DNA of 62,689 nucleotides, counting the filler, from Pirum gemmata (Eukaryota): assembly GCA_002812295.1 (NCBI GenBank). It is 15 parts of 15 records of this genome, joined end to end, with 100 filler letters (N's around TTAATTAATTAA, not from the genome) between each part and the next. Parts side by side here need not be neighbours in the genome. Positions count along the whole stretch, not along the records: positions 7,934 to 13,397 come from PDIN01001824.1; positions 13,498 to 17,352 come from PDIN01001825.1; positions 17,453 to 21,314 come from PDIN01001826.1; positions 21,415 to 26,505 come from PDIN01001827.1; 11 more parts are not named here. The stretch is one strand, 5' to 3'. The translations under genes and the position numbers were made by a program. The notes beneath the pieces are model-generated. The model was not told the DNA's origin and ran no database searches. It saw nothing but the letters and a program-made list of their open reading frames with translations. Of this stretch, positions 12,615 through 25,894 are shown piece by piece; positions within the stretch are counted from its first letter, which is position 1; each line of letters starts with the position of its first letter.

Positions 12615-13497
12615 ATACCAAATTAATCAAAAGGTGTCTGATTGTTTAACCATAATAATATTTCGGTACATTTATTTCAGTTTTGAACTGGTCAACACGA
12701 GAACGATAGTCTACTACTAGAAGAGGGGTTAGTTAGAGGTTTGGGGTTAGTGGTTAGTACTACTAGCTAGCTAGGGATGGTTATCAGGGTTAGGATTTGT
12801 TCCTATTAGTAAGTTAGATGCTAGGGTTAGGGTTAGGGTTAGGGTTAGGGTTAGGGTTAGGGTTAGGGTTAGGGTTAGGGTTAGGGTTAGNNNNNNNNNN
12901 NNNNNNNNNNNNNNNNNNNNNNNNNNNNNNNNNNNNNNNNNNNNNNNNNNNNNNNNNNNNNNNNNNNNNNNNNNNNNNNNNNNNNNNNNNNNNNNNNNNN
13001 NNNNNNNNNNNNNNNNNNNNNNNNNNNNNNNNNNNNNNNNNNNNNNNNNNNNNNNNNNNNNNNNNNNNNNNNNNNNNNNNNNNNNNNTTAATTTGGTATA
13101 TTTTATTATATATTTATTTATTTCAAAGTATCAATTTAAATATTATAACCAACCAAATAAATATTCAGAGTGAGAAAATAAATGAAAAGCACTATACAGT
13201 CTATACTACTATGGAGTTAGGGATAGCGAGGACTGCTACTAGCTAGCTACTAGCTATTATAGCTAGTTACTATCGATAGCTACTAGCTAGCTATCGATAG
13301 TAGTAGCCTGCGCTACCATGGCTTGGAAAATGGCCTTGATAGTCTAGTACCTGTTTGAGAAACAAACAAAAAAAAAATGAAAAAAAAAATGAGAAAANNN
13401 NNNNNNNNNNNNNNNNNNNNNNNNNNNNNNNNNNNNNNNNNTTAATTAATTAANNNNNNNNNNNNNNNNNNNNNNNNNNNNNNNNNNNNNNNNNNNN

Positions 13498-16400
13498 AGG
13501 TGTAGTGTTAAATAAAACTATGAAAAAAGTTTTGGAAACACCGATGCGAAAAGAAATTGAGGAAGGTGTGGAGCTCAATCCTATCCTGAAAAAGGTGTTA
13601 CAGACACCGATGCGAAAAGAAATCGAAGGCGGTGTGGGGCTGAATAAAACTATGAAAAAAGTTTTAGAAACTCCCATGCGCAAAGAGATCGAGGAAGGAG
13701 TCGAGTTAAATAAAACGAAAAAGAAAGTTCTTCAAACTCCAATGCGAAAAGAAATCGAGCAAGGTGTAGAATTGAACAAAACTAAAAAGAAAGTTCTACA
13801 AACGCCTATGCGTAAAGAAATCGAGCAAGGTGTAGAATTGAATAAAACTAAAAAGAAAGTTCTACAAACACCTATGCGAAAAGAAATCGAGAAAGGTGTT
13901 GAATTGAATAAAACAATGAAAAAAGTCTTACAGACACCTGCGCGAAAAGAAATTGAAGGTGGTGTGAAGTTGAATAAAACCATGAAAAAAGTTTTGGAAA
14001 CACCTTTGCGCAAACACATTGAAAGTGGTGTAGAACTGAACCCCATTATGAAAAAGGTACTGCAGACACCAATGCGAAAGGAAATTGAAGAAGGTGTTGA
14101 GCTGAATAAAACCATAAAAAAAGTTTTAGAAACTCCTATGCGTAAAGAGATTGAGGAAGGAGTCGAGTTGAATAAAACGAAAAAGAAAGTTCTTCAAACT
14201 CCAATGCGAAAAGAAATCGAACAAGGTGTAGAATTGAATAAAACTAAGAAGAAAGTTCTGCAAACGCCCATGCGAAAAGAAATCGAGAAAGGTGTTGAAT
14301 TGAATAAAATAATGAAAAAAGTCTTGCAGACACCCGCGCGAAAAGAAATTGAAGGTGGCGTGAAGTTGAATAAAACTATGAAAAAAGTTTTAGAAACTCC
14401 ATTAAGAAATGAAATCAAGGCCGGCACTGTGCTAAAACCTGTTAGCTGTGCTGAAGATATACAATCCGAAGAAACAATGAAAGTAGAAGAAGAGGAACAA
14501 GAACAAGAACAAGAACAAGAACAAGAACGAGAACCAGAACCAGAGCTAGAACCAGAACCAGAACCAGAGCTAGAACCAGAACCAGAACCAGAGCAAGAGC
14601 AAGAACAAGAACAACAAGAGCAAGAACACGAAGTAGAAGTCACAGAAGAAGAAAAAGAAGAAAAACGACAAGAACTAGAACACGAAGTAAAAATCACAGA
14701 AGAAGAAAAAGAAGAAAAAGAAGCAGAAAAAGTAGAAGTAGAAGTAGAACAAAAACAAGAAGAAAAGGTAGAAAAACAAGAAAAGGCGAAAGAAATTACC
14801 AATAGAAGGAGTAAACGAGGTGCCGCTTCTACCGCTGGAACCACTGGTAAACGATTAAAAGAAGATGTTGGTGAAAATGATAAATCAGAATTAACCCGTA
14901 AATCTCAACGAGGAAGATCGAATAGAAAACCAAAAACAGAAATGGAAATGGAAGTAGAAGCTGAGGTACAAGCGCAAGTGGAAACAGTGGTTGGACAAGA
15001 ACAAATAGAAGAAAGTAGTTCAAACTGTGAAAAAGAGAGTATAAAAGAACCGAAAGAAAAATCTAAACCAATTAGTAAAGGAAGAAGGGGACGAAAAGCT
15101 AACTCTGAAATAGAAGTTTTAGAATCGAAAGAAGAAGAAAATGAAGTAGAAAAAGAAGTAGAAAAAGAAATAGAAAAAGAAATAGAAAAAGAAATAGAAA
15201 AAGAAATAGAAAAGATTAAACCAAAACCTCGTAGAGGACGTGGAAAATCTGCTAAAAAACAAGAGATTGATGATCAAAAAGAATTCGCAAGCTCGTCGAC
15301 TGAAGAAAAAGAAGAAAAAGAAGAAAAAGAAGAAAAAGAAAAAGAAGAAAACCAAGAAAAAGAAGAAGAAAAAGAAGAAAAAGAAGAAAAAGAAAAAGAA
15401 GAAACTAAAGAAGGAAAAATTGAACCTAAACCTCGAAGAGGGCGTGGAAAATCTGCTAAAAAACAGGAGAATGATGATCAAAACGAAGTTGCAATCTCAC
15501 CGGTAGAAGAAAAATCCGAGCTTAAGGAGAACACTGCCGAAAAATATAAACCACAAAGTAGCAGCAGACAACGCAAAAATCAACCTTCCAAGGAACATAA
15601 AGAAGTAGAAAGTGAAGAAGCAGGTGTAAACGACACAGTAGTACAACAAAAGGTGATCGTTAATGGGGAAGATAATAAAAACACAACTAAATCGGTTCGC
15701 TTTGCTAAAGAACACAAAGAAACAACCTTTGAAGTCGAAGAAGCGATTGATGAACAAGAGGAGAACAAAGTTCCTAAAGGTCGTAGAGGTAGATCTGCGA
15801 AGGATGAGGAAAACGTGGAATTTTTAGAATTGAAACCAAAGAAAAGACGAGGACGTAAAGCTGAAAGCGCCGATAAAGGAAAAAACGAAGAAAAACCTGA
15901 AGAACAACAACCCGAGGAACAACCAAAACAATTGAAAAGAAGAAGGAACAAACGTGAAACACAAGAAAAGAAAGAAATCCTAGAAGAAATCCAAAAAGAA
16001 CAAGAAGTCGAAAAAAATAAAAATAAAAAAGCAGAAGAAAAACTAGAAGAAAAACCAGAAGAAAAACCAGAAGAAAAACTAGAAGAAAAACCTAAAAAAC
16101 AACCAGCAAAGAGAAGAGGGCGTATTGCAAACAAACAACAACAAGAAGAAAAGGAAAATATCAAAGAAAACCCAACCGAAGAGAAAACAGAATTAGGAAA
16201 TAAAGAAGGGGAAGAAAAGGAGTTGGTAGAAGAAAAAGAGTTGGTAGAAACTAAAAAAACAGAAAAAAAAACTAAGAGAAGAGGCCGCAAAACAAAACAA
16301 GAAGCAGAAGAAATGGAGGATGTCAAAGAAAAGCCAGAAGTTAAACCCAACAAAAGAGGGCGAAAAACTAAAGAGGTTGAAGAGTTAGTAGTTGAGGCAC

Positions 16401-17260
16401 AAACAGAAGAAGCAGAAGAAGCAGAAGAAGCAGAAGAAGCAGAAGAAGCAGAAGAAAACAAAGAACAAGAGGAAAAAGAAAAAGAAAAAGAAAAAACTTC
16501 GACCCCAAAAGCAAGAGAAGGGAAATTAAGCTTAAAATTAAAATTAAAACAAAAACAACAACAACAACATAAACAACAATTACTTGAACAACAAGAACAA
16601 GAACAAGAAAAAGAAATTTCAAAACAAGAAATGGAAAAGGAAAAACCAAAGAAAAGAGTGCGAAAAGCTAAACAAGAAAAACTTGTCGAAAATGTTGAAG
16701 AAGAAAAAGAAGAAAAAGAAGAGGAAGAAGAAAAAGAAGAGGAAGAAGAAAAAGAAGAAAAAGAAAAAGAAGTTGTTAAAGAGGAACCTAAACGTAGAGG
16801 TAGAAGTCGTAGACAACCCAAACAAAAACCACCACAAGAGATTGAAAAGCAGGAAACCGAAATTTTGGAGCACAATACTCGAAGCCATGATCATACTAAT
16901 AATATTGAACAAGAACAAGAACAAGAACAAGAGCAAGAAAAAGAAGAGCTTAAACCGAAAAAAAGAATTGGGCGAAAAACCAAAGCCAACACTCCGACAA
17001 CAAACAAAAAAGCTAAAGTGGAAGTAGAGAACGAAGATGAAAATAATGCTAACGATGAAAATAATACTGCTGAAAATGATGAAAATAATAATTTGAATAA
17101 TAAAAAGGATGGAGTAAAAAATGTTAGAGTGAAAAGAAATGCAAAAAAGATGGAAGAAAATGGTGAAAATTTTGAAGACAAAGAAAACTCATCAGCTACT
17201 AATCCTAAAGGAAAGAAATCCAAATTAGAAGATAAAAAATCGACTAAAAAATCGGTATGA
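13498..17260 (+). CDS. Large charged disordered protein with at least 14 tandem 22-aa repeats (WH2-like/CDK-site; Ki-67-like architecture); 5' truncated
   Basis: 1251-codon frame open to the scaffold edge; repeat KKVLQTPMRKEIEQGVELNKT with many synonymous differences between units; E/K-rich C-terminus with RRGR motifs and KSVRF. Confidence 0.88.
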
Positions 17261-17981
17261 ATTGTCATTCTTCTTATTTATGTTCTTTGTTTTATGATTA
17301 TTACTAATTATTATTATTATTTATTATTATTTATTATTATTATTTATTATTANNNNNNNNNNNNNNNNNNNNNNNNNNNNNNNNNNNNNNNNNNNNTTAA
17401 TTAATTAANNNNNNNNNNNNNNNNNNNNNNNNNNNNNNNNNNNNNNNNNNNNATTTAAATTGATATTTTTAAATTAATAATTAGATTAGAAAATATACCA
17501 AATTAAATAAAATGGATTTATATTGTATTAATTTGGCACTCTGAAAAAACACGATTTAAATTAACCTGCAATAATTATTAAAAATTTAAAATACGTCCTA
17601 TTTTGGAAACATCGATCTTTCCAACTTACTTTTTAACCCTAACCCTAACCCTAACCCTAACCCTAACCCTAACCCTAACCCTAACCCTAACCCTAACCTT
17701 AACCCTAACCCTAACCCTAACCCTAACCCTAACCCTAACCCTANATGTTTGAAAACTGAAAATTTTATCGAATCGAAACCCAAAAGTCAGACGTTTTTAT
17801 TATTATTATTATTATATTCCCTTGCGGGTCTGAGTTTGACGTTGCCCCCAAACAGTGAATTTTAGTAGTCCAATGTTTTTTTAAAAAAAAATTCGGGAAA
17901 TTGCGCAATCCACATGGTTCTTTCACTAAAGGGGTAGACGAAAAATAACGTGAAAGAATTACTTGGTATCAGATAGACTAG

Positions 17982-18170
17982 TATTGTGCTTTTCATTTAT
18001 TTTGTCACTCTGAATATTTATTTGGTTAGTTATAATATTTAAGTTGACATTTTTATATGAATAAATAGATAATAAAATATAACAAATTAAATGAAATGGA
18101 TTTATATAGTATTAATTTGGTAGCCTTTATTGTATATTTTATTATGACAAAACAACTGAAAAGCACTATA
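17982..18170. mobile_element. MITE family A (~190 bp), representative copy; others at about 3731, 8975, 9348, 12245, 13088, 17453, 18271, 21785, 22254, 23478, 23969, 24135 and 30708
   Basis: Imperfect TIRs TATWGTGCTTTTCA.TT.TTTTGTCA at both ends; conserved core GGATTTATATTGTATTAATTTGGTAC; TA at the termini. Confidence 0.85.
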
Positions 18171-21029
18171 GTATTTTCAAGTTATCACTAGTACTGTTAT
18201 TTTATTACTATTTTATTATTTATTTTAAAAAAAAAATTAAAATATTTATTATAAAATTAAAAATAATTTATATAGTGCTTTTCAGGTATTTTGTCATCAT
18301 AAAATAAACAATAAATAGTACCAAATTAATACAATATAAATCCATTTCATTTAATTTGGTATATTTTATTATCTATTTACTCATGTAACAATGTCAATTA
18401 AAAATTATAACCAACCAAATAAATATTCGGAGTGACAAAATAAATGAAGCTATAATAATAAAAATTAATGGACTTGGTCTACTGTAGTCTACCTGTAATA
18501 CTTACGTCCTATTTTGGAAACATTTTTCCATGCTTTCGCTTTTCGCCATTAGTCATTAGGGAGAACACCAACTTCCGGTCAAACACTGGTCAAACACACA
18601 GCTTCAAATACCCCTATTTCTAAAGTGGAAGAAGAACAAGAATAATACCAAGGACTTGAAGTAGCTCTTGAAGCCCTAGCTAGTAGCTACTAGCTAGGCT
18701 CTCTAGCTAGCTAGTAGTCTTGAATAGCTAGTCTTGAAGTCCTTGAAAAAACGGAAAATAATTATTTCGAAATTTTTCTCAAATTTTTCGTTGTTTTCGG
18801 GGTTGACAATTGGTGGATAAAAACACAGTATCATAATAATAAGAATTATTATTATTATTATTATGAACAGGGTTAGGGTTAGGGACTGGTTAGGGTTAGG
18901 GTTAGGGTTAGGGTTAGGGTTAGGGTTAGGGTTAGGGTTAGGGTTAGGGTTAGGGACTGGTTAGGGTTAGGGTTAGGCTACCCCTGCTAGCTAGTACAAC
19001 AATGAAGACATTCTATTGGTTATTATGGATACTCAACATAACCTCTCCCAATTCTGCTCGAGCCCGAAAAAAAAAACCGAAATTCAGCCCTGTTCGAAAA
19101 TTATTTTCCATTTTTNGGGTTAGGGTTAGGGTTAGGGTTAGGGTTAGGGTTAGGGTTAGGGTTAGGGTTATGGTTAGGGTTAGAGAGAGTAGGGTGTTTT
19201 ACAGTTTTAAAAGCTTGGTGTTTACAAATTCTGGTGTACGGTACTAATAGGATATAGTAGTTTTAGATACCAATCTGAGAGCATCTAGAAGCCTAAAACT
19301 GACAGGATATAAAATAAAGGTCGAAATCATCAACACATCAACCTTAATTTCAAATAATAATTATGATATTAATACAACGAAATAATATTAATAATAATAA
19401 TAATAATTAATAATAATAATATTAATAAGTATTAATAATTATAATTATAATAGTAATAATAGTAATAATAATATTAGTAATAATAATATATAATAATATG
19501 TAATAATAATAATCATAATAATAATAATAATAATAATCATGATAATCTATAATAATAAAAATAATTAATACAACAATTATTATTATACAACATCTATTAT
19601 AAAAATTTATAAATGCATCCCCCAAAGACTAGACTTCTGCCCCTAAAACTCGACTTTCTGCTTCTGCCTTCTGGCCCGAAAAGCTCGATTTCTGCCGGTC
19701 TGTTTGGTTTGTTCGGTCTATTCAAAATTAATTTTTTCGAGTTTATAAATAAATACATAGATTTGAAAATTTCAAGTTAGGGTTAGGGTTAGGGTTAGGG
19801 TTAGGGTTAGGGTTAGGGTTAGGGTTAGGGTTAGGATTTTTTTGGTTGGATGAACAGTGAACACTGTGAAGTTGCTGTGTGAAGTTGAATAATAATAATT
19901 ATTTATGTACATAGTTGGGGATATATAAGTATAATTGGTCCGCGTCCTTGGTTGTTTACAAAGACTTTTTTTTTTTATTTATTTTTTTTTTTAATAAAAA
20001 TTATCTTCATGATTTCATCTCTTATTCTTCCACATCAGTTCTACATTGAAGTGTGTAAAGTTGTAAACTGTAAACAGTAAAATAATTATGTCATATTATT
20101 CAAAACTCCAAAACAGTGGACTGTCAGTGGCTATTTTCACTATTTTTTTGCGCCACACGTTAGGCTTTAAAGGAATTTAAGATTTTTGATTAGTTGTTTT
20201 CAATATAGTATAGATTTCTATTTGTTGATAGTTATACGTTGTTATAGCTGTTGGTATCTAGTATTACATTGATAGTTATGCGTTGTTATAGCTGTTGGTA
20301 TCTAGTATTACATTATTCTAAATAATTACTAAATTACATGAAAAGATTCGCTGTCTACTATATATTATGAATATATTATGAAAATGTTCTCCAAAAAAAA
20401 TACATAATATCATAAACTGACAGATTCGTGGTCATTTTGGTGAAAATGCAGGCAAAATAGCTGACAAAATACAGAAAAAATACTGAAAAAGTACAGAAAA
20501 AATACGGTTGGGGTCTGTTAAAAAAGTTCATTGGGCATATCAAACATAAGTTTGAATTTTTTTACACCAATAAGGAAATAATAAAAAACATAATATTTTT
20601 TTTTTTTAAAAAAAAAACTGTATAAACATTTGGACAATTTGAGAAGAAATTAAATTTTCAAGCGTTTTATTCATTACCAGAACTTGTAATATAACGAATA
20701 TACAAGAAAAAGCCAAAAAATATCAAATTTTAGGAGAAGTCCTTTGACTGGATTTACTTTATAAAACTAATCGCCAAATGTAGAGTAAATATAGTAACGT
20801 AGATGTTTTTTAATATTGTTATTAATATTTATTATTTCAAAATTTAAAATTTAATTAATTATATATAAATATAAAATGAATACTATGAAAAAAAAATAAA
20901 CAACAACAAAAAAAATAAAATAAAGGAATAAAATAATAATGGTTTTGTATTTTTACGATAATATAATAAATAAATAAATTAATTCATATGAATGAATAGA
21001 TGAATAAACTGGTATGTGAATAATAAAAT

Positions 21030-21267
21030 ATGAATTTCACAACACTTATTAGGTTAGCATTTTTAAGCTTTATGATTGTTTATAACATCGACTATAAAGT
21101 TAAAGGTTTACTTCAAGAAATTTACACCGGAGAAATAATTACAATTAGAAGTAATGAAACAGAATGTGACCCGGAAAAAATTCTTAAAGCAAATCGAAAT
21201 GATTGCATTACTTGTGATGCTCTCGTGATCAAAGATTATGGTGAATATGTATTGGAAGTTATCAAAG
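21030..21267 (+). CDS. Possible exon of an unknown gene
   Basis: Non-repetitive Cys-containing frame (ECDPEK...DCITCDALVIKDY) ending at an AAAG|GTTGG donor-like site near the scaffold end. Start uncertain. Confidence 0.3.
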
Positions 21268-23262
21268 GTTGGCATTTATATAATTTATATGGTTTAATAA
21301 TAATAATAATAATANNNNNNNNNNNNNNNNNNNNNNNNNNNNNNNNNNNNNNNNNNNNTTAATTAATTAANNNNNNNNNNNNNNNNNNNNNNNNNNNNNN
21401 NNNNNNNNNNNNNNCTATTTGCATTACATAATACATATTTGCATTTCTGTGCGTTATGCCCAATCAAAATACGATTTTTTTTTACTAGTAATGTCAATAC
21501 TATCTACTATGATAGAAATCCTAAGTTCTTTTTTTTTTTTTTATGCATATGATATGATAAAAAAAAAAAACTAGGTAGTCTAGTATTTAGTAATTTTCTA
21601 CTACTATCATAGCTAGAAGTAGCTAGACTAACTAGTAGTGGAGGATCCAGTGAGGATTTTTTCTTTGGTTTTGTTTTTGGTAATTTTTTTTTTCTTTTCA
21701 TTTTTCTTAGTCTTAGTTTTTATAATAATGATGGTGTAGTCTAGAAGTGCTGTAAAAGTAAGTGTGTACAAACTGTAGAGGTCTACAGTGCTTTTTATTT
21801 TGTCACTCCGAATATTTATTTGGTTGGTTATAATTTTTTAATAATTGACATTGTTTAATGATTGTTTTAAATGAATAAATGGATAATAAAATATACCAAA
21901 TTAAATGAAATGGATTTATATTGTATTAATTTGGTACTCTTTATTGTATATTTTATGATGACAAAACAACTGAANCTACTGAATTTCCAAAGTCCAGAAT
22001 GCGCTCATTTTGTCGCTTTTGTTGATAAAAGTGTCTATATAATATAATGTAAATTTTGATGGGTTTTTGCTGTTATAACATTATGATACCTATACCTAAC
22101 TAATATATAATATGCACAATCATTTATAAAATTATAACAAAATAACGGTTTTATAAGACTATATATTTATATTATATCATATAGTATTGTATCAAAATAA
22201 CGGTTTTATAAGACTATATATCTTATTTTGATTATTTATATTATATCATATAGTATTGTGATTTTCATTTATTTTGTCACTCCGAATATTTATTTGGTTG
22301 TTTATAATATTTAAATTGATACATGAAGTGGGTTTATATTGTATTAATTTGGTACTATTTATTGTATATTTTATGACGACAAAACAACGATTAATTTTTA
22401 TATTATTTAATAATATAATTATGTTTATTGTAACGCATGATATATATTATGATGTTTTTAATCATAAAAATACCAAGTAAAAAAAACCACCAAAGAAAAC
22501 CTAAGAAAACCCAAGCTTATAGAGACTTAGATCCTAGCTAGAAAATAATAATTATTACTATAATTGTTATTAAATTTTGTACTTTTTATGAAGTTTTTTG
22601 AGCTGTTTTTTTTTGTAAACAGTTCTTTTTTACTATTTTGTATAGTTGATTTACTTATAATATGATAATAAATAAAAATTTTATCACAAAGTTTTGTTTT
22701 GAGCAAACTTGTAGAAGTTGTAGTACAAACAACTTTTACTGATGAAAAAAAATTAGTACTTTAGCCTGTTACAGTTGTGCAATTTTCAACCTTACTATTT
22801 TGTTATTTATGATTTATTTATATTAAATAAATAAAACAAAGCTTTGTAAACAACTTTGACTAAATCATAACGAAAAATTAGTCACTTTAATAACCTGTTT
22901 GAATTTGTGCATGGTTCATGTTTATTTAGTGAGACTTTGAACTTTGAAGTCCTTGTTTATTTAGTGAGACTTTGAACTTTGAAGTCCTTGGTTTTTATAT
23001 CACTTTAGAAAGTGAAAAAAAAAAAGAGAAAAAAAAAAGACAAAAACTATTTCCGGCTCGAACGATTCGAACAAGTTGTTTAATTTGATTTAGCCTTTAG
23101 ATTAGTTCGACTCGAACCTAAAAAACCCCCCAAGAAAGCACCTTTTTCTAAGGGCACGCCCACCCAGACACCCTGCCTACTTGTAGCTAGATAGCTAGGC
23201 ACGTGAGGCTATTTAATGATTATTGATAAATAATTTATGTCATAAATTTTTATTTTATTTTC

Positions 23263-23416
23263 GGGAGCGCTCAAATACTAAGACTAGGTAACGACGCCAA
23301 TTTCCGGTCAAATACAGCTTCAAATACTCCTACCTACCTACCCTTTGACGTTAATTTCCGGTCAAATACTACCTACCTATCTTCCCCTTGACGTGACGTA
23401 TTATTTAAACGCTCCC
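23263..23416. mobile_element. MITE family B (~150 bp, Harbinger/Tourist-like); others at about 8341, 8849, 11728, 18572 (part), 39966 and 62574
   Basis: TIR GGGAGCGTTCAAATA(C/A)TACGT...ACGTATTATTTGAACGCTCCC; internal duplicated AATTTCCGGTCAAATAC and (CTAC)n. Confidence 0.82.
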
Positions 23417-25141
23417 TTTTAATTAAAAGTGATAATTATTATGATAATATACTATGTAGTTTATTTACCAGGGTTATTATCGTGCTTTTCAGTTGTTTTG
23501 TCATCAATAAAATATACAATAAAGAGTACCAAATTAATACAATATAAATCCATTTCATTTAATTTGGTATATTTTATTATCCATTTATTCATTTAAAAAA
23601 CAATCATTAAACAATGTCAATTAAAAAATTATAACCAACCAAATAAATATTCGGAGTGACAAAATAAATGAAAAGCGCTATACATAGAGGAGGTTAATAT
23701 ATTATTAATATAATTTATATTTATTTTTATGTGATAGACTTAATTAACTGTCTTTATTGTATTACATGTTAACACTTGTAAACCTTGATTCCCATGTGTA
23801 TTATATATTATATGTATACATACATGGATGGATTTTAAATTAAAATATTTTTACGTAATAGACTATAATACGTGTACAGCCCTACTAGTACTACACTACA
23901 GCACGATAATAAAATTTATACAGTCTTAATTAAAACAAGATATTTTTAAACCTATAGTACAGTCTAGCTATAGTACTTTTCAGTTGTTTTGTCATCGTAA
24001 AGTATACAATAAAGGGTGCCAAATTAATATAATATAAATCCATTTAATTTAATCTGTGGTATATTTATCTATATATTGATTTAAAAATGTCAATTTAATT
24101 AAAGATTATAACAGTATTATAACCCTCCAAATAAATCGTGCTTTTCAGTTGTTTTGTCATCATAAAAATATACAATAAAGAGTACCAAATTAATACTATA
24201 TAAATCCATTTCATTTAATTTGGTATATTATATTATCTATTTATTTATTTAAAAATGTCAACTTAAATATTATAACCAACCAAATAAATATTCAGAGCGA
24301 CAAAATAAATGAAAAGCACAATATAAATTTTATATACAAAAAATCTGGGGTCTTTGACACTTCATTGACTCTTTGGTCACCTGCTACTAGTCACCTGCTA
24401 TGATAGCTATCAATACTCAGTACCAATAGTACCAATACTATCATAGCTATCATAGTTAGCTAGTTAGAGCCCAACATCTATCTATCCGATAGCTTATTAA
24501 ATTTTGTAGTACTAGCTAGTGGCACCTAGCTAGTGCATCATTTCTGTTTTTTTAAAAAGTTCTGCAGTCTAGACTTTTTTTTGGGGGGGGCTAGTAACAG
24601 TCACTAGTTTGCACTAGAAAGTTTGCATTGGTAAAACATACTAAATTAAGTAATAATATACATATATATGAGTACCGGTATATACATCTGGATCTATCAT
24701 ATAGTTTATATAGTAGACTATAGTGAAACTTTTTTTTGTGCAGGTTTGTATTTGCGTTGGGGCAGCACGTGCAGCGAATGCGGCACTAATAATTTGGCGG
24801 AGGGGTTCAACTTGGGGTTGGGGAACTTGGGGTCGGCTGCACTTTGGCTGCCCAAATTTAAAGGCTTTGCGGCATTTTTGGGCGGTGGGGTTACTGTGGG
24901 GTTACTGCCAACTTACTAGTAAGCCTTCTAGCTAGCTAGCCGTTGGAGTTTGGAGTCCTTTGGGTGCTTGATGATCTTATCGTGTAATTTTAAATATGGG
25001 AATGTACTACCGGTATATTGGAACAGCTATCAGTGATATTCTGGTGATATTGGAACCTATTGGAAATTACTAAATTTTTATTGTATGTATATAAAAATAA
25101 ATTTATAATCACAAGTTGTATAAATAGGATAACCAAACAGG

Positions 25142-25209
<68 letters not shown>

Positions 25210-25276
25210 AAAATACAAAAAAATAATAACTTTCATAATAAATTAATTAATTAAGTTAAAAGCAAAACCAATAAAC

Positions 25277-25555
25277 ATGAGTTTTAATAATCAAGTACAA
25301 CCAGAAACACAGAAACAACCTGCTTTCGATCCTTCTTTATTGACCGAGAATCCCTCCACCGTAACTTGCCCTCATTGTAACAATGTCCAAACAACTATTA
25401 CTGAAAAGAAAGCAGGCATTGCTACGTGGATCGCTTGTTTCGCATGTTGCTTTGTGGGTTGTTGTTGTATACCATTCTTAGTAGAACCAGGCAAAGATAC
25501 CGAGCATGTTTGCTCCAAGTGTCACAGAAATATTGGAACAAAAAAAGTCATTTAA
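25277..25555 (+). CDS. LITAF-like zinc-ribbon membrane-associated protein
   Basis: CPHC - hydrophobic Cys-rich segment (WIACFACCFVGCCCIPF) - HVCSKC; TATA-like TATATAAAA near 25088 and a poly-A leader upstream. Confidence 0.92.
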   Translation: MSFNNQVQPETQKQPAFDPSLLTENPSTVTCPHCNNVQTTITEKKAGIATWIACFACCFVGCCCIPFLVEPGKDTEHVCSKCHRNIGTKKVI

Positions 25556-25804
25556 AATTAATTGATTTCTAATAATAACCAAGACATTTTAATTAATATT
25601 GTTGCTTTCTAAATACTGAATATTTATACAATAAAGTTCATTTTTCAAAAAAAAAATTTTATTTTTATTATTTTTTCATAGCATAATATGCATACACAGA
25701 TTTGTATTTTTGGTTAAAAGTTTTTGATTAGTTTTTTTGTTGTTTTGACGTAGCATAGGATAAAAACTAATTTGGAAAGGATTTTGTTGTTCTATGTTTT
25801 TATN

Positions 25805-25844
<40 letters not shown>

Positions 25845-25894
25845 AAACTCGCCTGCTAACTAGGGTGATTATAGACTTAAGGCGGTAGCTAGGG

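Noticed and set aside
12466..13246. (NP)n, (LG)n and (VR)n ORFs; likewise those at 17598, 19002 and 55545
   Set aside because: Translations of TTAGGG arrays.
13732..16936. Antisense and alternative-frame ORFs (S/F/C-rich, poly-K) over the repeat protein
   Set aside because: Shadows of the GAA/AAA-rich coding strand.
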